DNA of 64,000 nt from NCBI RefSeq assembly GCF_963921235.1, contig NC_086101.1, forward strand, positions 4,838,001-4,902,000, written 5' to 3'. The notes beneath the pieces are model-generated. The model did not search any database. It was not told where the DNA came from and saw only the letters and a program-made list of their open reading frames with translations. Positions 40,114 to 52,300 of the stretch are shown here, one piece after another. Position 1 is the stretch's first letter; the number at the start of each line of letters is the position of its first letter. This DNA comes from Mobula hypostoma (Eukaryota). Both the position numbers and the translations under genes were made by a program.

Positions 40114-41054
40114 ATGTCTCCTGAGACGGTGATGTGCCTCTCATGTGAGATGTGGCAGTCTTGGGGGAACTCCCCTCTCCCACAGAGTCACATCTGCCAG
40201 AAGTGCATACGGCTGGGCGATCTGGAAGACCATGTAAGGAACCTGGAGCAGCAGCTGGATGACCTTCAACTCATAAGGGTGAATGAGGGAGTCATAGATG
40301 AGAGCTACAGGGAGGTAGTCACACCTAGGCTGTCGGAAGCAGGTCATTGGGTGACAGTCAGAGGGGGGGAAAGCAAAGGTGAGCAGACAGGTAGTGCAGA
40401 GCATCCCTGTAGCCATTCCCCTGAATAATAAGTTTACCGTCCTGGATACTGTTGGCGGGGACGATCGACCAGGTGTGAGCCACGGTGGCAGGGCCTCCGG
40501 CACTGAGTCTGACCCGTTGTTCGAAGGGTGGGACGGAGAAGAGGAGAGCTGTCGTCACTGGAGACTCTACAGTCAGGGGAGCAGACAGGAGATTTTGTGG
40601 ACGTGAGAAGGATACCCACATGGTTTGTTGCCTCCTGGGTGCCAGGGTCCGGGATGTCTCTGACCGGGTGCACGACATCCTGGTACGAGAGGGAAAGCAA
40701 CCAGAAGTCGTGATACATGTTGGGACCAACGACATAGGCAGGAAGAGGGATGAGGTCCTGAAGTGTGAGTTTTGGGAACTAGGCAGAAGGCTGAAGAACA
40801 GGATCTCAAGGGTGACGTTCTCAGGATTGCTGCCAGTGCTACGTGACAGTGATGGTAAGAATTGGAGGAGATGGCAGTTGAATGCGTGGCTGAGGAGTTG
40901 GTGCAGGGAGCAGGGTTTTAGATTTTTAGATCATTGGGATCTCTTCTGGGGAAAGTGGGACCTGTACAGATTGGATGGGTTGCACCTGAACTCGAGGGGG
41001 AGCAATATCCTTGCAGGTAGGTTTGCTAGCATGGTCCGGGAGGGTTTAAACTAA
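40114..41054 (+). pseudogene. CR1 ORF1 with SGNH esterase domain, frameshifted
   Basis: CLSC...HICQKC, then the heptad LEDHVRNLEQQLDDL, then SGNH blocks GDS, GTND and DGLH, spread over three frames. Confidence 0.88.
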
Positions 41055-41136
41055 TTTGCGAGGGGGATGGGACCCAGAGCGATAGAGCAGTGAAAGAAGT
41101 GCATGGAGTAAAGCCAGATCTAACATACAGAGAGGC

Positions 41137-43981
41137 TTGAGGAAAGAGAAGCTGTATAAACGGTGTAAAGACAGTAAGGTAGAAGGGCTGAAATGCGTGT
41201 ACTTCAATGCAAGAAGCATCAGGAGCAAAGGTGATGAACTGAGAGCTTGGATACATACATGGAATTATGATGTAGTGGCCATTACAGAGACTTGGCTGGC
41301 ACCAGGGCAGGAATGGATTCTCAATATTCCTGGATTTCAGTGCTTTAAAAAGGATAGAGAGGGCGGAAAAAGGGGAGGAGGGGTGGCATTACTGGTCATG
41401 GATACTATTACAGCGACAGAAAGGGTGGGTAATGTAGCGGGATCCTCTTTTGAGTCAGTATGGGTGAAAGTCAGGAACAGGAAGGGAGCAGTTACTCTAT
41501 TGGGGGTATTCTATAGGCCCCCTGGTAGCAGCAGAGATACAGAGGAGCAGATTGGGAGGCAGATTTTGAAAAGGTGCAAAAATAACAGGGTTGTTATCAT
41601 GGGTGACTTTAACTTCCCTAATATTGATTAGCACCTGATTAGTTTCAAGAGTTTAGATGGGGCAGAGTTTGTTAAGTGTGTCCAGGACGGATTCCTGTCA
41701 CAGTATGTGAACAGGCCAACGAGGGGGAATGCCATACTAGATCTAGTATTAGGTAATGAAGCAGGTCAGCTCACAGATCTCTCAGTGGGTGAGCATCTGG
41801 GGGACAGTAACCACCGCTCCCTGGCCTTTAGCATTATCATGGAAAAGGATAGAATCAGAGAGGACAGGAAAATTTTTAATTGGGGAAAGGGCAAATTATG
41901 AGGCTATAGGGCTAGAACTTGCGGGTGTGAATTAGGATGATGTTTTTGCAGGGAAATGTACTATGGACATGTGGTCGATGTTTAGAGATCTCTTGCAGGA
42001 TGTTAGGGATAAATTTGTCCCAGTGAGGAAGATAAAGAATGTTAGGGTGAAGGAACCATGGGTGACAAGTGAGGTGGAAAATCTAGTCAGGTGGAAGAAG
42101 GCAGCGTACATGAGGTTTAGGAAGCAAGGATCAGATGGGTCTATTGAGGAATATAGCAAAGCAAGAAAGGAACTTAAGAAGGGGCTGAGAAGAGCAAGAA
42201 GGGGGCATGAGAAGGCCTTGGCGAGTAGGGTAAAGGAAAACCCCAAGACATTCTTCAATTATGTGAAGAAAAAAAGGATGACAGGAGTGAAGGTAGGACC
42301 GATTAGAGATAAAGGTGGGAAGATGTGCCTGGAGGCTGTGGAAGTGAGCGGAGTCCTCAATGAATACTTCTCTTCAGTATTCACCAATGAGAGGGAACTT
42401 GATGATGGTGAGGACAATATGAGTGAGGTTGATGTTCTGGAGCATGTTGATATTAAGGGAGAGGAGGTGTTGGAGTTGTTAAAATACATTAGGACAGATA
42501 AGTCTCCGGGGCCTGACGGAATATTCCCCAGGCTGCTCAACGAGGCAAAGGAAGAGATTGCTGAGCCTCTGGCTAGGATCTTTATGTCCTCGTTGTCCAT
42601 GGGAATGGTACCGGAGGATTGGAGGGAGGCAAATGTTGTCCCCTTGTTCAAAAAAGGTAGTAGGGATAGTCAGGGTAATTATAGACCAGTGAGCCTTACG
42701 TCTGTGGTGGGAAACCTGTTGGAAAAGATTTGTAGAGATAGGATCTCTGGGCATTTAGAGAATCATGGTCTGATCAGGGAAAGTCAGCATGGCTTTGTGA
42801 AGGGCAGAACGTGTCTAACAAGCCTGATAGAGTTCTTTGAGGAGGTGACCAGGCATATAGATGAGGGTAGTGCAGTGGATGTGATCTATATGGATTTTAG
42901 TAAGGCATTTGACAAGGTTCCACATGGTAGGCTTGTTCAGAAAGTCAGAAGGCATGGGATCCAGGGAAGTTTGGCCAGGTGGATTCAGAATTGGCTTGCC
43001 TGCAGAAGGCAGAGGGTGGTGGTGGGGGGAGTACATTCAGATTGGAGGATTGTGACTAGTGGTGTCCCACAAGGATCTGTTCTGGGACCTCTACTTTTCG
43101 TGATTTTTATTAATGACCTGGATGTGGGGGTAGAGGGGTGGGTTGGCAAGTTTGCAGACGACACAAAGGTTGGTGATGTTGTAGACAGTGTCGGGGATTG
43201 TCGAAGATTGCAGAGAGACATTGATAGGATGCAGAAGTGGGCTGAGAAGTGGCAGATGGAGTTCAACCCGGAGAAGTGTGAGGTGGTACACTTTGGAAGG
43301 ACAAACTCCAAGGCAGAGTACAAAGTAAATGGCAGGATACTTGGTAGTGTGGAGGAGCAGAGGGATCTCGGGGTACATGTCCACAGATCCCTGAAAGTTG
43401 CCTCACAGTTGGATAGGGTAGTTAAGAAAGGTTATGTGGTGTTAGCTTTCATAAGTCGAGGGATAGAGTTTAAGAGTCGCGATGTAATGATACAGCTCTA
43501 TAAAACTCTGGTTCGGCCACACTTGGAGTATTGTGTCCATTTCTGGTCACCTCACTATAGGAAGGATGTGGAAGCATTGGAAAGGGTACAGAGGAGATTT
43601 ACCAGGATGCTGCCTGGTTTAGAAAGTATGCATTATGATCAGAGATTAAGGGAGCTAGGGCTTTACTCTTTGGAGAGCAGGAGGATGAGAGGAGACATGA
43701 TAGAGGTGTACAAGATAATAAGAGGAATAGATAGATTGGATAGCCAGCGCCTCTTCCCCAGGGCACCACTGCTCAATACAAGAGGACATGGCTTTAAGGT
43801 GAGGGGTGGGAAGTTCAAGGGGGATATTAGAGGAACGTTTTTTACTCAGAAAGTGGTTGGTGCGTGGAATGCACTGCCTGAGTCAGTGGTGGAGGCAGAT
43901 ACACTAGTGAAGTTTAAGAGACTACTAGACAGGTATATGGAGAAATTTAAGGTGAGGGCTTATATGGGAGGCAGGGTTTGA
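41137..43981 (+). pseudogene. CR1 ORF2 (endonuclease and reverse transcriptase), disrupted near the EN/RT junction
   Basis: EN motifs YFNARSI, AITETWL and MGDFNFP are followed by a stop at about 41630 and a frameshift plus stop at about 41890-41935. An open 672-aa RT segment with KFADDTKV follows. Confidence 0.92.
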
Positions 43982-44403
43982 GGGTCGGCACAACATTGTG
44001 GACAAAAGGGCCTGTACTGTGCTGTACTATTCTATGTTCTATATATTTTTAGGTTTCTTAAGGGGTACAGGGTTTTTTTTATAGGATATAACGGTTAAGA
44101 AGGAATGGGGTACTCGGGTGGCCAAAGATGGGAGGATAAAGTGTAGGATAGGGTACGTGTGTGTGTGTGATTGGGTGAAGGGATTTAGAATGCAAGTCTA
44201 TTACACACTCCGGAGCAGGAGGTGGCGGTAATGCACCATCAAGCTGGGTGCCAACCGCCGTAAAACAAGGTGGAGAGAGAGACTTTTGAACCCACTGCCT
44301 CTCACCTTCAGTGCATACCCTCTGGTATTAGACATTTCAACCCTTTGATGATTGCTAATAATATATTGTTGGATTGATGTCAAAAATTCTTTGAATTGAA
44401 TTG

Positions 44404-47400
44404 GTGTGCGCCCCCCTTCCCAGTCCCCTTGCCCCCTGTGTGCTCCCTTTGGTGTGCACCCCCCCTTCCCAGTCCCCTTTCCCCCTATGTGCTCCCTTTG
44501 GTGTATACCCCCTCCCTTCCCAGTCCCCTCTCCCCGTGTGTGCTCCCTTCGGTGTTCACCCCCCTTCCCAGTCCCCTCTCCCCATGTGTGCTCCCTTTGG
44601 TGTTCACCCCCCTTCCCAGTCCCCTCTCCCCCTGTGTGCTCCCTTCGGTGTGCACCCCCTTCCCAGTCTCCTCTCCCCCTGTGTGCTCCCTTCGGTGTTC
44701 ACCCCCCTTCCCAGTCCACTCTCCCCCCGTGTGGTCCCTTCGGTGTGCACCCCCCTTCCCAGTCCCCTCTCCCCCTGTGTGCTCCCTTCAGTGTGCACCG
44801 CCTTCCCAGTCCCCTCTCCCCCTGTGTGCTCCCTTCGGTGTGCACCTCCCTTCCCAGTCCCCTCTCCCCCTGTGTGCTCCCTTCAATGTGCACCCCCTTC
44901 CCAGTCCCCTCTCCCCCTGTGTGGTCCCTTCAATGTGCACCCCCTTCCCAGTCCCCTCTCCCCCCGTGTGGTCCCTTCGGTGTTCACCCCCTTCCCAGTC
45001 CCCTCTCCCCCTGTGTGCTCCCTTCGGTGTGCACCCCCCTTCCCAGTCCCCTCTCCCCCCGTGTGGTCCCTTCGGTGTGCACCCCCCTTCCCAGTCTCCT
45101 CTCCCCCTGTGTGCTCCCTTCGGTGTGCACCCCCCTTCCCAGTCCCCTCTACCCCTGTGTGCTCTCTTCGGTGTTCACCCCCCTTCCCAGTCCCCTCTCC
45201 CTCTGTGTGCACTCCCCTTCCCAGTCCCCTCTCCCCCTGTGTGCTCCCTTCGGTGTTCACCCCCCTTCCCAGTCCCCTCTCCCCCTGTGTGCTCCCTTCG
45301 GTGTGCACCCCCCTTCCCAGTCCCCTCTCCCCCCGTGTGGTCCCTTCGGTGTGCACCCCCCTTCCCAGTCCCCTCTCCCCCCGTGTGGTCCCTTCGGTGT
45401 GCACCCCCCTTCCCAGTCCCCTCTCCCCCTGTGTGCTCCCTTCAGTGTGCACCCCCCTTCCCAGTCCCCTCTCCCCCCGTGTGCTCCCTTTGGTGTTCAC
45501 CCCCCTTCCCAGTCCCCTCTCCCCCCGTGTGCTCCCTTCGGTGTGCACCCCCCTTCCCAGTCCCCTCTCCCCCTGTGTGCTCCCTTCGGTGTGCACCCCC
45601 CTTCCCAGTCCCCTCTCCCCCTGTGTGCTCCCTTCAGTGTGCACCCCCTTCCCAGTCCCCTCTCCCCCTGTGTGCTCCCTTCGGTGTGCACCCCCCTTCC
45701 CAGTCCCCTCTCCCCCTGTGTGCTCCCTTCGGTGTTCACCCCCCTTCCCAGTCCCCTCTCCCCCTGTGTGCTCCCTTTGGTTCCCTTCCCAGTCCCCTGT
45801 GCTCCCTTCGGTGTGCACCCCCCTTCCCAGTCCCCTCTCCCCCCGTGTGGTCCCTTTGGTGTTCACCCCCTTCCCAGTCCCCTCTCCCCCTGTGTGCTCC
45901 CTTCGGTGTTCACCCCCTTCCCAGTGTGGTCCCTTCGATGTGCACCCCCCTTCCCAGTCCCCTCTCCCCCCGTGTGCTCCCTTCAGTGTGCACCCCCCTT
46001 CCCAGTCCCCTCTCCCCCTGTGTGCTCCCTTCAGTGTGCACCCCCTTCCCAGTCCCCTCTCCCCCTGTGTGCTCCCTTTGGTGTTCACCCCCCTTCCCAG
46101 TCCCCTCTCCCCCGTGTGCTCCCTTCTGTGTGCACCCCCCTTCCCAGTCCCCTCTCCCCCTGTGTGCTCCCTTCAGTGTGCACCCCCCTTCCCAGTCCCC
46201 TCTCCCCCTGTGTGCTCCCTTTGGTGTTCACCCCCCTTCCCAGTCCCCTCTCCCCCCGTGTGGTCCCTTCGGTGTGCACCCCCCTTCCCAGTCCCCTCTC
46301 CCCCTGTGTGCTCCCTTCGGTGTTCACCCCCCTTCCCAGTCCCCTCTCCCCCTGTGTGCTCCCTTCGGTGTGCACCCCCCCTTCCCAGTCCCCTCTCCCC
46401 CTGTGTGCTCCCTTCGGTGTTCACCCCCTTCCCAGTCCCCTCTCCCCCGTGTGCTCTCTTCGGTGTGCACCCCCCTTCCCAGTCCCCTCTCCCCCTGTGT
46501 GCTCCCTTCGGTGTGCACCCCCTTCCCAGTCCCCTCTCCCCCCATGTGCTCCCTTCGGTGTGCACCCCCCTTCCCAGTCCCCTCTCCCCCTGTGTGCTCC
46601 CTTCGGTGTGCACCCCCTTCCCAGTCCCCTCTCCCCCTGTGTGCTCCCTTCGGTGTGCACCCCCTTCCCAGTTCCCTCTCCCCCCGTGTGGTCCCTTCGG
46701 TGTGCACCCCCTTCCCAGTCCCCTCTCCCCCCGTGTGCTCCCTTCAGTGTGCACCCTCCTTCCCAGGCCCCTCTCCCCCTGTGTGCTCCCTTCGGTGTGC
46801 ACCCCCCTTCCCAGTCCCCTCTCCCCCTGTGTGCTCCCTTCGGTGTGCACCCCCCTTCCCAGTCCCCTCTCCCCCGTGTGCTCCCTTCAGTGTGCACCCC
46901 CCTTCCCAGTCCCCTCTCCCCATGTGTGCTCCCTTCAGTGTGCACCCCCCTTCCCAGTCCCCTCTCCCCCGTGTGCTCCCTTCAGTGTGCACCCCCCTTC
47001 CCAGGCCCCTCTCCCCCCGTGTGGTCCCTTCGGTGTGCACCCCCCTTCCCAGTCCCCTCTCCCCCTGTGTGCTCCCTTCAGTGTGCACCCCCCTTCCCAG
47101 TCCCCTCTCCCCCCGTGTGCTCCCTTCAGTGTGCACCCCCCTTCCCAGGCCCCTCTCCCCCGTGTGCTCCCTTCAGTGTGCACCCCCCTTCCCAGGCCCC
47201 TCTCCCCATGTGTGCTCCCTTCGGTGTGCACCCCCCTTCCCAGTCCCCTCTCCCCCTGTGTGCTCCCTTCAGTGTGCACCCCCTTCCCAGTCCCCTCTCC
47301 CCCCGTGTGGTCCCTTCGGTGTGCACCCCCTTCCCAGTCCCCTCTCCCCCGTGTGCTCCCTTCGGTGTGCACCCCCTTCCCAGTCCCCTCTCCCCCCATG

Positions 47401-47610
47401 TGCTCCCTTCAGTGTGCACCCCCCTTCCCAGTCCCCTCTCCCCCCGTGTGCTCCCTTCAGTGTGCACCCCCCTTCCCAGTCCCCTCTCCCCCCGTGTGCT
47501 CCCTTCAGTGTGCACCCCCCTTCCCAGGCCCCTCTCCCCCCGTGTGCTCCCTTCGGTGTGCACCCCCTCCCCAGTCCCCTCTCCCCCCATGCACTCGCCT
47601 CCTCAGTGCA
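44404..47610. repeat. 48-bp C-rich minisatellite (about 3.2 kb, roughly 65-70 units)
   Basis: Unit CCCTTCGGTGTGCACCCCCCTTCCCAGTCCCCTCTCCCCCTGTGTGCT with +/-1 C-run variants. Confidence 0.97.
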
Positions 47611-48424
47611 CCCCTCAGTCGACTTGTTTTAAATGCCATGCCTTAGCACTGAGTTCTCCCTGTTCTGCTGGCTGAGAACTTATTTATTTTTGACATGGGA
47701 GCAGATTTAGGCCATTCAGCCCATCTTCTGCTCTGCCGTTCCATCATAGCTGATTTATTATCCATCTCAACCCCATCCTGCCTTTCCCCATGACATTCGG
47801 TGCTCACACTAATCAAGAACCTATGAACCTCTGCCTTAAGTATACCCCATGACTTGGCCTGCAGAGCAATGGGAAGCATCAAGCCCAGTCAATATTATAA
47901 ACATAAGGAGTGAAATCTGCATTTCTTCCATCAACACTGAGTGAAATAGAGGATCAGTGGGTGGTCTCTTAAACTTAAATAATCTCCTTCAAAAGATAAT
48001 TGTCAGCTCAGCTTTTGGAACTTTGATCACAAACTGTGGAATTCAGTACCTTTTAAACACCAACTCAGAACTTATTTATATAACTGGAGAAATTCAGATG
48101 CTTGAAATCCAGAGCAACACACACAGAAAATGCTGGAGGAACTCAGCAGGCCCGGCAGCATCCATGGAAATGAGTAAACAGTCAGACTGAGACCCTTATT
48201 CAGGACTGGAAAGGAAGGGGGAAGGCTTCACAGCTCAGTCATTCACAGGGAAAGCCCTTCCCACCACTGAGCACTTCCAAAAGAAAGCAGCATCCTTCCT
48301 GAAAGTCTCCCTTCGTCCAGGCCATGCCGTTCCAGCAGGAGCTCCATGTAAAGGCATTGGTGGGAGGGCTTTGCCTGTGATGGACTGCGCTGTGTCCACC
48401 ACTTTTTGCAGAGTTTTCCATTCC

Positions 48425-49225
48425 ATAAGACATAGGAACAGAATTAGGCCGTCTGGCCCGTCAAGTCTGCTCCACCATTCAATCATGCTGATTGTTTTTT
48501 CTCTCTCCTCCTCAATCCCAGTTCCCGGCCTTCTCCCCGTAACCTTTGATCCCATGTCCAATCAAGAACATATCAATCTCTGCCTTAAATACACCCAACA
48601 ACCTGGCCTCCAAAGCTGCCTGTGGCAAGGAATTCCACATTCACCACCCTTTGGCTAAAGAAATCTCTCTGCATCTCTGCTTTGAAAGGGCGCCTTTCTA
48701 TCCTCAGATTGTGCCCTCTTGTCCTAGACTCTCCCAGCATGGGAAACGTCCGTTCCACATCTACTCTCTCTAGGACTTTCAACATTCGAAAGGCTTCAAT
48801 GAGATCCTCGCCTCATCCTTCTGAATTCCAGAGAGTACAGAGCCAGAGCCATCAAACATTCCTCCTGTGATAACCTTTTCATTCCCAGAATCATCCTTGT
48901 GAACCTCCTCTGGACCCTATCCAATGCCAGCACATCTTTTCTAAGATGAGAGGCCCATAACTGTTCACAATACTCAAGGTGAGGCCTCACCAGTGCCTTA
49001 TAAAGCCTCAGCATCACATCCCTGCCTTTGTATTCTCGACTTCTTGAAAGAAATGCTAACATTACATTTGCCTTCCTCACCACCAACTCAACCTGCGAGT
49101 TAACCTTTACGGTGTTCTGCACAAGAACTTCAAAGTCCCTCTGCATCTCAAATTCCTGGATTTTCTCCCCGTTTAGAAAACAGTCCATACATTTATTTCT
49201 ACTGCCAAAGTGCACGACCACGCAT
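48425..49225 (-). mobile_element. CR1 3' fragment
   Basis: ORF 48796-49221 reads ...RLYKALVRPHLEYCEQLW... Confidence 0.88.
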
Positions 49226-50255
49226 TCCTGGGCATTGGTATTTCCATACCAGCCCAGTTAGGATTCTCTCCACAGAGATCAGAATCAGGTTTAAATCACT
49301 GGCATACGTCGTGAAGTTTGTTGTTTTGCAGTAGCAGTACGTTACAATGCATAGTAATAAAAACTGTGAATTGCGGTAAGAAATGTGTGTGTATAATCTA
49401 AAAGTTAAATAAATTGTGCAAAAAGCGAGGAAAAGAGTGGTGAGGTAGTGTTTTCTCATGGGTTCGCTGTCCATTTAGGAATGGGGTGGCAGAGGGGAAG
49501 AAGCTGTCCCTGAATCATTGAGTGTGTGCCTTCAGAATTCTGTAGCTCCTCCCCGATGGTGGCAATGAGGAGAGGGCATGTTCTGGATGACATCCTGCAG
49601 ATATTTATCAAAGTTTTTAATGATGTGCCAAATCTACGCAAACTCCTAGAAAAGTAGAGGAGCTGTCGTGCCTCATGGTGGGCTTCAGGTTATCACTACC
49701 ACCCCATTCTCGGTCCGGTTCCTCAACCTTCTTTTTACAAAGTGAAAATAGTTGTTTTTTTTTATTAAGACCATAAGACAAAGGAGCAGAAGTTGGCCAT
49801 TCGGCCCATCGAGTCTGCTCCGCCATTTTATCATGAGCTGATCCATTCTCCTATTTAGTCCCACTCCCCCGCCTTCTCACCGTAACCTTTGGTGCCCTAG
49901 CTACTCAGATACCTATCAATCTCTGCCTTAAATACACCCAATGACTTGGCCTCCACTGCCGCCCGTGGCAACAAATTCTATAGATTCACCACCCTCTGGC
50001 TAAAAATTATTATTATGGGTGGGGATTGAAGGATTAAGGGGTTCTATACTGCATGCTGTGTGCCAACAAAATATTTTTCACATGCCATCTTGGTCATGCA
50101 TGCCATCGGTTGGCCATCCCTGGTATATCTGGTCACAAAACCAGCTCCATGTAGCAGGCTGTGCTGCCAGTCAGTGAGGAGGTCCCGGTACTGGTGACAC
50201 TTTGCATTTCTGCACTCCGTTAACTGCTGCCAACTTCTCTCCCTGTCACTTGCAG

Positions 50256-50366
50256 CAACATCACCATGGCCTACTCCGACGTCAAGGATCTGGTACTTCG
50301 TGACATCGACCACATCCTCTTCCCCACTTCCGACTGTCGTCAGTTCAACAAAACAGAGTCGCTTCG
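50256..50366 (+). CDS. ATF6B: ATF6-beta luminal exon with conserved Cys and N-glycosylation sequons (111 nt, phase 2-2)
   Basis: Acceptor cttctctccctgtcacttgcag|C and donor CG|gtaggt. Translates (S)[36 protein letters not shown](R), resembling human ATF6B ...ELLLRDLDQLFLSSDCRHFNRTESLR. Carries NIT and NKT sequons. Confidence 0.93.
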
Positions 50367-50554
50367 GTAGGTGTTCGAGCCGTTCACATCCAGGTCCAGC
50401 CAGGAATTTTCCCTTGAGGCTGGGACCGCACTGCAGCACGTGAGCAAGGACACAAAGGTTGGGGATGCGACACTGTGAGCTGCAACCTCACGTGAAAAGC
50501 ACAATGCTGCCCTTTCTCTGGTTAAACGTGCCAGGGAGGCAGAGGGCAGAGTGC

Positions 50555-50995
50555 GCTGGAGGCACAGACAGGGAGAAAAGGAAACTGGGAAGAGGGAATG
50601 CACACAGAGAATAAGAGCATATGGGAAGAGAGAGGGAACTGGGGAGAGGGGGTGCACGTTGAGGAGGGGAGAGGGAACTGGAAAGAGGGGATGCACACCG
50701 AGCAGGGGACCGCACAGGGGAGAGAGGGAACTGGGAAAAGGGAGTGCACACTGAGGAGGGGACTGCACAGGGGGTGGGGTGTTGGAACTGGGAAGAGGGA
50801 ATGCACACCGGGAGGGGAGTGTACCTGTGTGGGGAGGGAGAGGGAATTGGGAAGAGGGGTGCACACCAAGTTGGAGACCACACGAGGGAAGAGGGGGTCT
50901 CCTGGGGAGGAGAAAATGGGTACTGGGAAGATGAGGTGCACACCAAAGAGGCCGCACAGCGGGGCAGAGGGTACTGGGAGGAGGGGTGCACCAGA
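50555..50995. repeat. Diverged, inverted copy of the 48-bp minisatellite (about 8-9 units)
   Basis: The recurring motif gagagggaactgggaagagggg(t)gcacacc matches the reverse complement of the 44.4-47.6 kb unit, gagaggggactgggaaggggggtgcacaccg. Confidence 0.85.
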
Positions 50996-51539
50996 CAGGG
51001 ACACATTACATTTAACGTGTAAAGTGGTGGAATGGGTCATTCTTCAGCCGAGAGAGAACAGGCTCGGAGTGGGCTGAACAAAAATTTTCTGGTCAGTGTC
51101 GTGTAAGGAATTGTGATCACATTGAGCATTCAACAAAGAGAAGATTAACAAGGGGATGAGTGCTAGACGGCTTTGTACTTGTCGGTTTTATTTCTCGAAG
51201 GCTGTGGTGAGATGTTTTCTCAGATGAAGGTCTTGCACGTCAAATTACAATGGGTAATACGAAACAGTGGGTGCCAATGCCAAAGCTGGAAGGTTTTGCT
51301 CTTGGGAAGGTAATGAAATAGCCCTGACTTTGAACTGCTGCACACCTTCAGGAAAGGAGACTTCCAGGATTCCAAACGGAGATTTATCTATCAGATGTGC
51401 ATCGAAACTGGCAACGATTTGAGTCATTTACATCAACAAGCAGCATGGTCTGAGGATATGCAAGTGTCACCAGACATTCAGGTGCAACATAGCACGTCCA
51501 CAATGCTTAGCAGAACACAACAGAACATAGCAAGCCCCT

Positions 51540-51592
51540 TTATATATATATATGTGTGTGTGTGTGTATGTATATATATATATATATGTGTG

Positions 51593-51641
<49 letters not shown>

Positions 51642-52070
51642 GCGCGCGCACACCACACGCACGCCCACACACACACACACCCCACACACCCCACACACGC
51701 GCACACACACCCCACACACACCCCACACACGCGCACACACCCCACACACGCGCACACACCCCACACACACACACCCCCCACACACACACACCACACACAC
51801 ACGCGCACACACCCCACACACACGCCCACACACACACACACACACGCACACACACGTGCACACACCCCACACACACACACACCACACACACACACACACA
51901 CACACCCCACACACACACAGACACACACACCACACACACACCCCGCACACACCCCACACACACACCCCACACACACACACACCACACACACAGACACACA
52001 CACAGACACACACACCACACACACACCCCACACACGCGCACACACCCCACACACACACACACCACACACA

Positions 52071-52101
<31 letters not shown>

Positions 52102-52124
52102 CGCGCACACACCCCACACACACG

Positions 52125-52156
<32 letters not shown>

Positions 52157-52236
52157 CCCACACACACCCCCACACCCCCCCCACACACACACCCCCCACA
52201 CACCCCCCCCCCACACACACCCCCCACACCCCCCCC

Positions 52237-52295
<59 letters not shown>

Positions 52296-52300
52296 CCCAC
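51540..52300. repeat. Compound (TA)n/(CA)n/CACACCC microsatellite
   Basis: Directly visible low-complexity tract. Confidence 0.95.

Larger units (their letters stand above)
39980..44045 (+). mobile_element. Near-full-length CR1 LINE (ORF1 zinc finger, leucine zipper and esterase; ORF2 EN and RT)
   Basis: ORF1 and ORF2 pieces occur in order and end in a ctattctatgttctat tail. The 5' boundary is approximate. Confidence 0.93.

Noticed and set aside
40485..41054. Standalone SGNH hydrolase gene
   Set aside because: It is the frameshifted ORF1 of a CR1 LINE, directly upstream of ORF2.
44396..47675. Three ORFs of more than 1000 aa, rich in Pro, Cys and Ser
   Set aside because: All three forward frames are open only because the 48-bp repeat unit lacks stop codons. 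C-run indels shuffle the frames, and the region is intronic.
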